A DNA stretch of 64,000 nucleotides from Nitrospirota bacterium (GTDB taxonomy: Bacteria > Nitrospirota > Nitrospiria > Nitrospirales > NS-4). The position numbers and the translations under genes are program-made. The notes below the pieces were generated by a model. It saw only the letters and a list, made by a program, of their open reading frames with translations, ran no database searches and had not been told where the DNA came from. Numbering within the stretch: position 1 is the stretch's first letter; each line of letters begins with the position of its first letter. The DNA is taken from assembly GCA_963788195.1 (NCBI GenBank), contig CAWBGA010000001.1:128001-192000 (forward strand), in the 5' to 3' direction. This document shows, piece after piece, positions 62,547 to 64,000 of the stretch.

Positions 62547-64000
62547 TCCAACGGATCTGCCTGATTACCCCGCCATCAATCTTTCTGTTGGACGAGCGGG
62601 TGTTTATGACGTTGGGGATCCTGAAGGTGGCGGCGGTGTTGGAGCAGGCGGGTGTTGAAGTGGACATGTTGGATCTTTCCGGCGTCGAAAACTACGAAGA
62701 GCTGGTGCGAGACTACGCAAGCGCGCATGCAACTTCTTGCTATGGGCTGACGGCGACGACGCCTCAGATGCCGGCGGCAACCAAAATCTACCGCACGATC
62801 CGGGATACCCAGCCGGATGCGCGAATTATCTTGGGGGGCCCGCATGTGACGCTGATTCATGCCGCGTACAAATATGAACTCAAAGGCGGTCGGCTCGGCC
62901 GAGCGACCAGTGCATACCGATTGCTGGAAGAGATGTTCGACGTGATGGTGGTGGGTGATGGGGAGTTGGCGGTGTTTGAGGCCTTAGGGACTTCGCCTCC
63001 CAAATTGGTCGACGGCGATGATCCCAAGACGGCATACTTCCTCACGAATCAGAAACTCACGGAGTTACCCTTCCCGGCACGACATCTGATCGATGTCGAC
63101 AGCTATCAGTACAGCATCGACGGGGTACGGGCACTTTCGATGATCGCGCAGCTCGGTTGCCCCTTCGGATGCGGCTTCTGCGGCGGGCGAATGAGTCCCT
63201 TTCTACGGCGGATCCGCATGCGGACGTCAGAGAACATCGTCAGCGAGATGATTCAGCTTTACGAGACGTACCGCGTCACCGGCTTTATGCTCTACGACGA
63301 CGAGCTCAACGTCAATCCAAAGATCATCGAATTGATGGACCTGATTGCCGCTGCGCAAGAGAAGCTGGGCGTTGAGTTTCGACTGCGCGGGTTCATCAAA
63401 GCGGAACTGTTTACTGATCAGCAGGCGGCAGCGATGTACCGGGCGGGATTTCGTTGGATCCTGGTGGGCTTTGAGTCCGGTCATGAGCGTATTCTCACGA
63501 ATATTCAGAAGAAATCATCTCGGGCCGATAACACACGGTGCATGGACATCGCCAGGCGTCATCATTTGAAGGTGAAGGCCTTAATGTCGGTTGGACATCC
63601 GGGCGAATCGGAAGAGACGGTTCGCGCAACTGCCGATTGGCTGCTTACGGTGAAGCCCGATGACTTCGACGCAACCGTCATTACGACTTACCCGGGAACG
63701 CCGTACTTCGACGAGGCGGTCGAGACCAAGCCCGGAGTCTGGAGCTATACATATCCGAAAAGCGGCGACCGGTTGCACAGCTTGGAAGTGGACTATCGCG
63801 AAGTAGCCGAATACTACAAGGGCGTTCCGGGCGAATACACCTCCTACGTGTATACCGATTATCTCAGCGCTGAAGAGTTGGTGCGGCTGAGGGATTGGCT
63901 TGAGGCGCATGTGCGGGGCGCCCTCGGCATTCCGTACAATGCGGCGGCGGCTGCGGTGCGATATGAGCATACAATGGGGCAGGGACACATACCGGCCAAC
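62543..64000 (+). CDS. Cobalamin-binding radical SAM protein (partial, runs off window)
   Basis: Manual translation from GTG 62543: ICLITPPS.FLLDERVF..LGILKVAAVL, ILGGPHVT, V.GDGE, LPFPARHL, CPFGCGFC (CxxxCxxC), YDDELN, GFESG and YPGTP. Not in the ORF track because there is no stop in the window. Confidence 0.9.
   Translation, partial: MIQRICLITPPSIFLLDERVFMTLGILKVAAVLEQAGVEVDMLDLSGVENYEELVRDYASAHATSCYGLTATTPQMPAATKIYRTIRDTQPDARIILGGPHVTLIHAAYKYELKGGRLGRATSAYRLLEEMFDVMVVGDGELAVFEALGTSPPKLVDGDDPKTAYFLTNQKLTELPFPARHLIDVDSYQYSIDGVRALSMIAQLGCPFGCGFCGGRMSPFLRRIRMRTSENIVSEMIQLYETYRVTGFMLYDDELNVNPKIIELMDLIAAAQEKLGVEFRLRGFIKAELFTDQQAAAMYRAGFRWILVGFESGHERILTNIQKKSSRADNTRCMDIARRHHLKVKALMSVGHPGESEETVRATADWLLTVKPDDFDATVITTYPGTPYFDEAVETKPGVWSYTYPKSGDRLHSLEVDYREVAEYYKGVPGEYTSYVYTDYLSAEELVRLRDWLEAHVRGALGIPYNAAAAAVRYEHTMGQGHIPAN

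Overview
Core-genome segment of a GC-rich, LPS-producing diderm bacterium. The combination of a lipid A pathway with an actinobacterial-type ARC/Dop/20S/PafA locus suggests Nitrospirota (inference). The window runs as follows. (1) mutS (partial), lapA-like, tsaE, nnr and pdxJ. (2) A membrane cluster: GIDE-domain protein, LemA, M48 protease, CPBP protease, DUF3147-like. (3) HDOD protein and uvrB. (4) ffh-rpsP-rimM-trmD-rplS-rnhB-yraN-ftsEX-envC-ctpA, then groES-groEL. (5) A truncated PolX-like HhH protein and thiSGE. (6) arc-dop-prcB-prcA-pafA with no pup gene at its usual position. (7) M23 peptidase, HD hydrolase, thiL, lon, galU. (8) A long envelope/LPS cluster: bamA, skp, fabZ, lpxA, lpxI, gnnA-like, lpxB, msbA, DUF374, waaA, lpxK, a waaF-gmhB fusion, GT9/GT2/GT4 enzymes, rmlACBD and a partial B12-radical SAM gene. 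About 13 apparent single-base insertions break conserved genes and are most likely sequencing errors. The best leads are a Pup-less pupylation/proteasome operon, an A10 slippery site in DUF374 that needs a shift of the opposite sign (-1) and then reads into waaA, a C-terminally capped ThiS, the GIDE-LemA-protease cluster, and a composite repeat element inside the LPS operon. No tRNA, rRNA, CRISPR array or transposase was recognised. All family calls come from motif recognition, not database searches.
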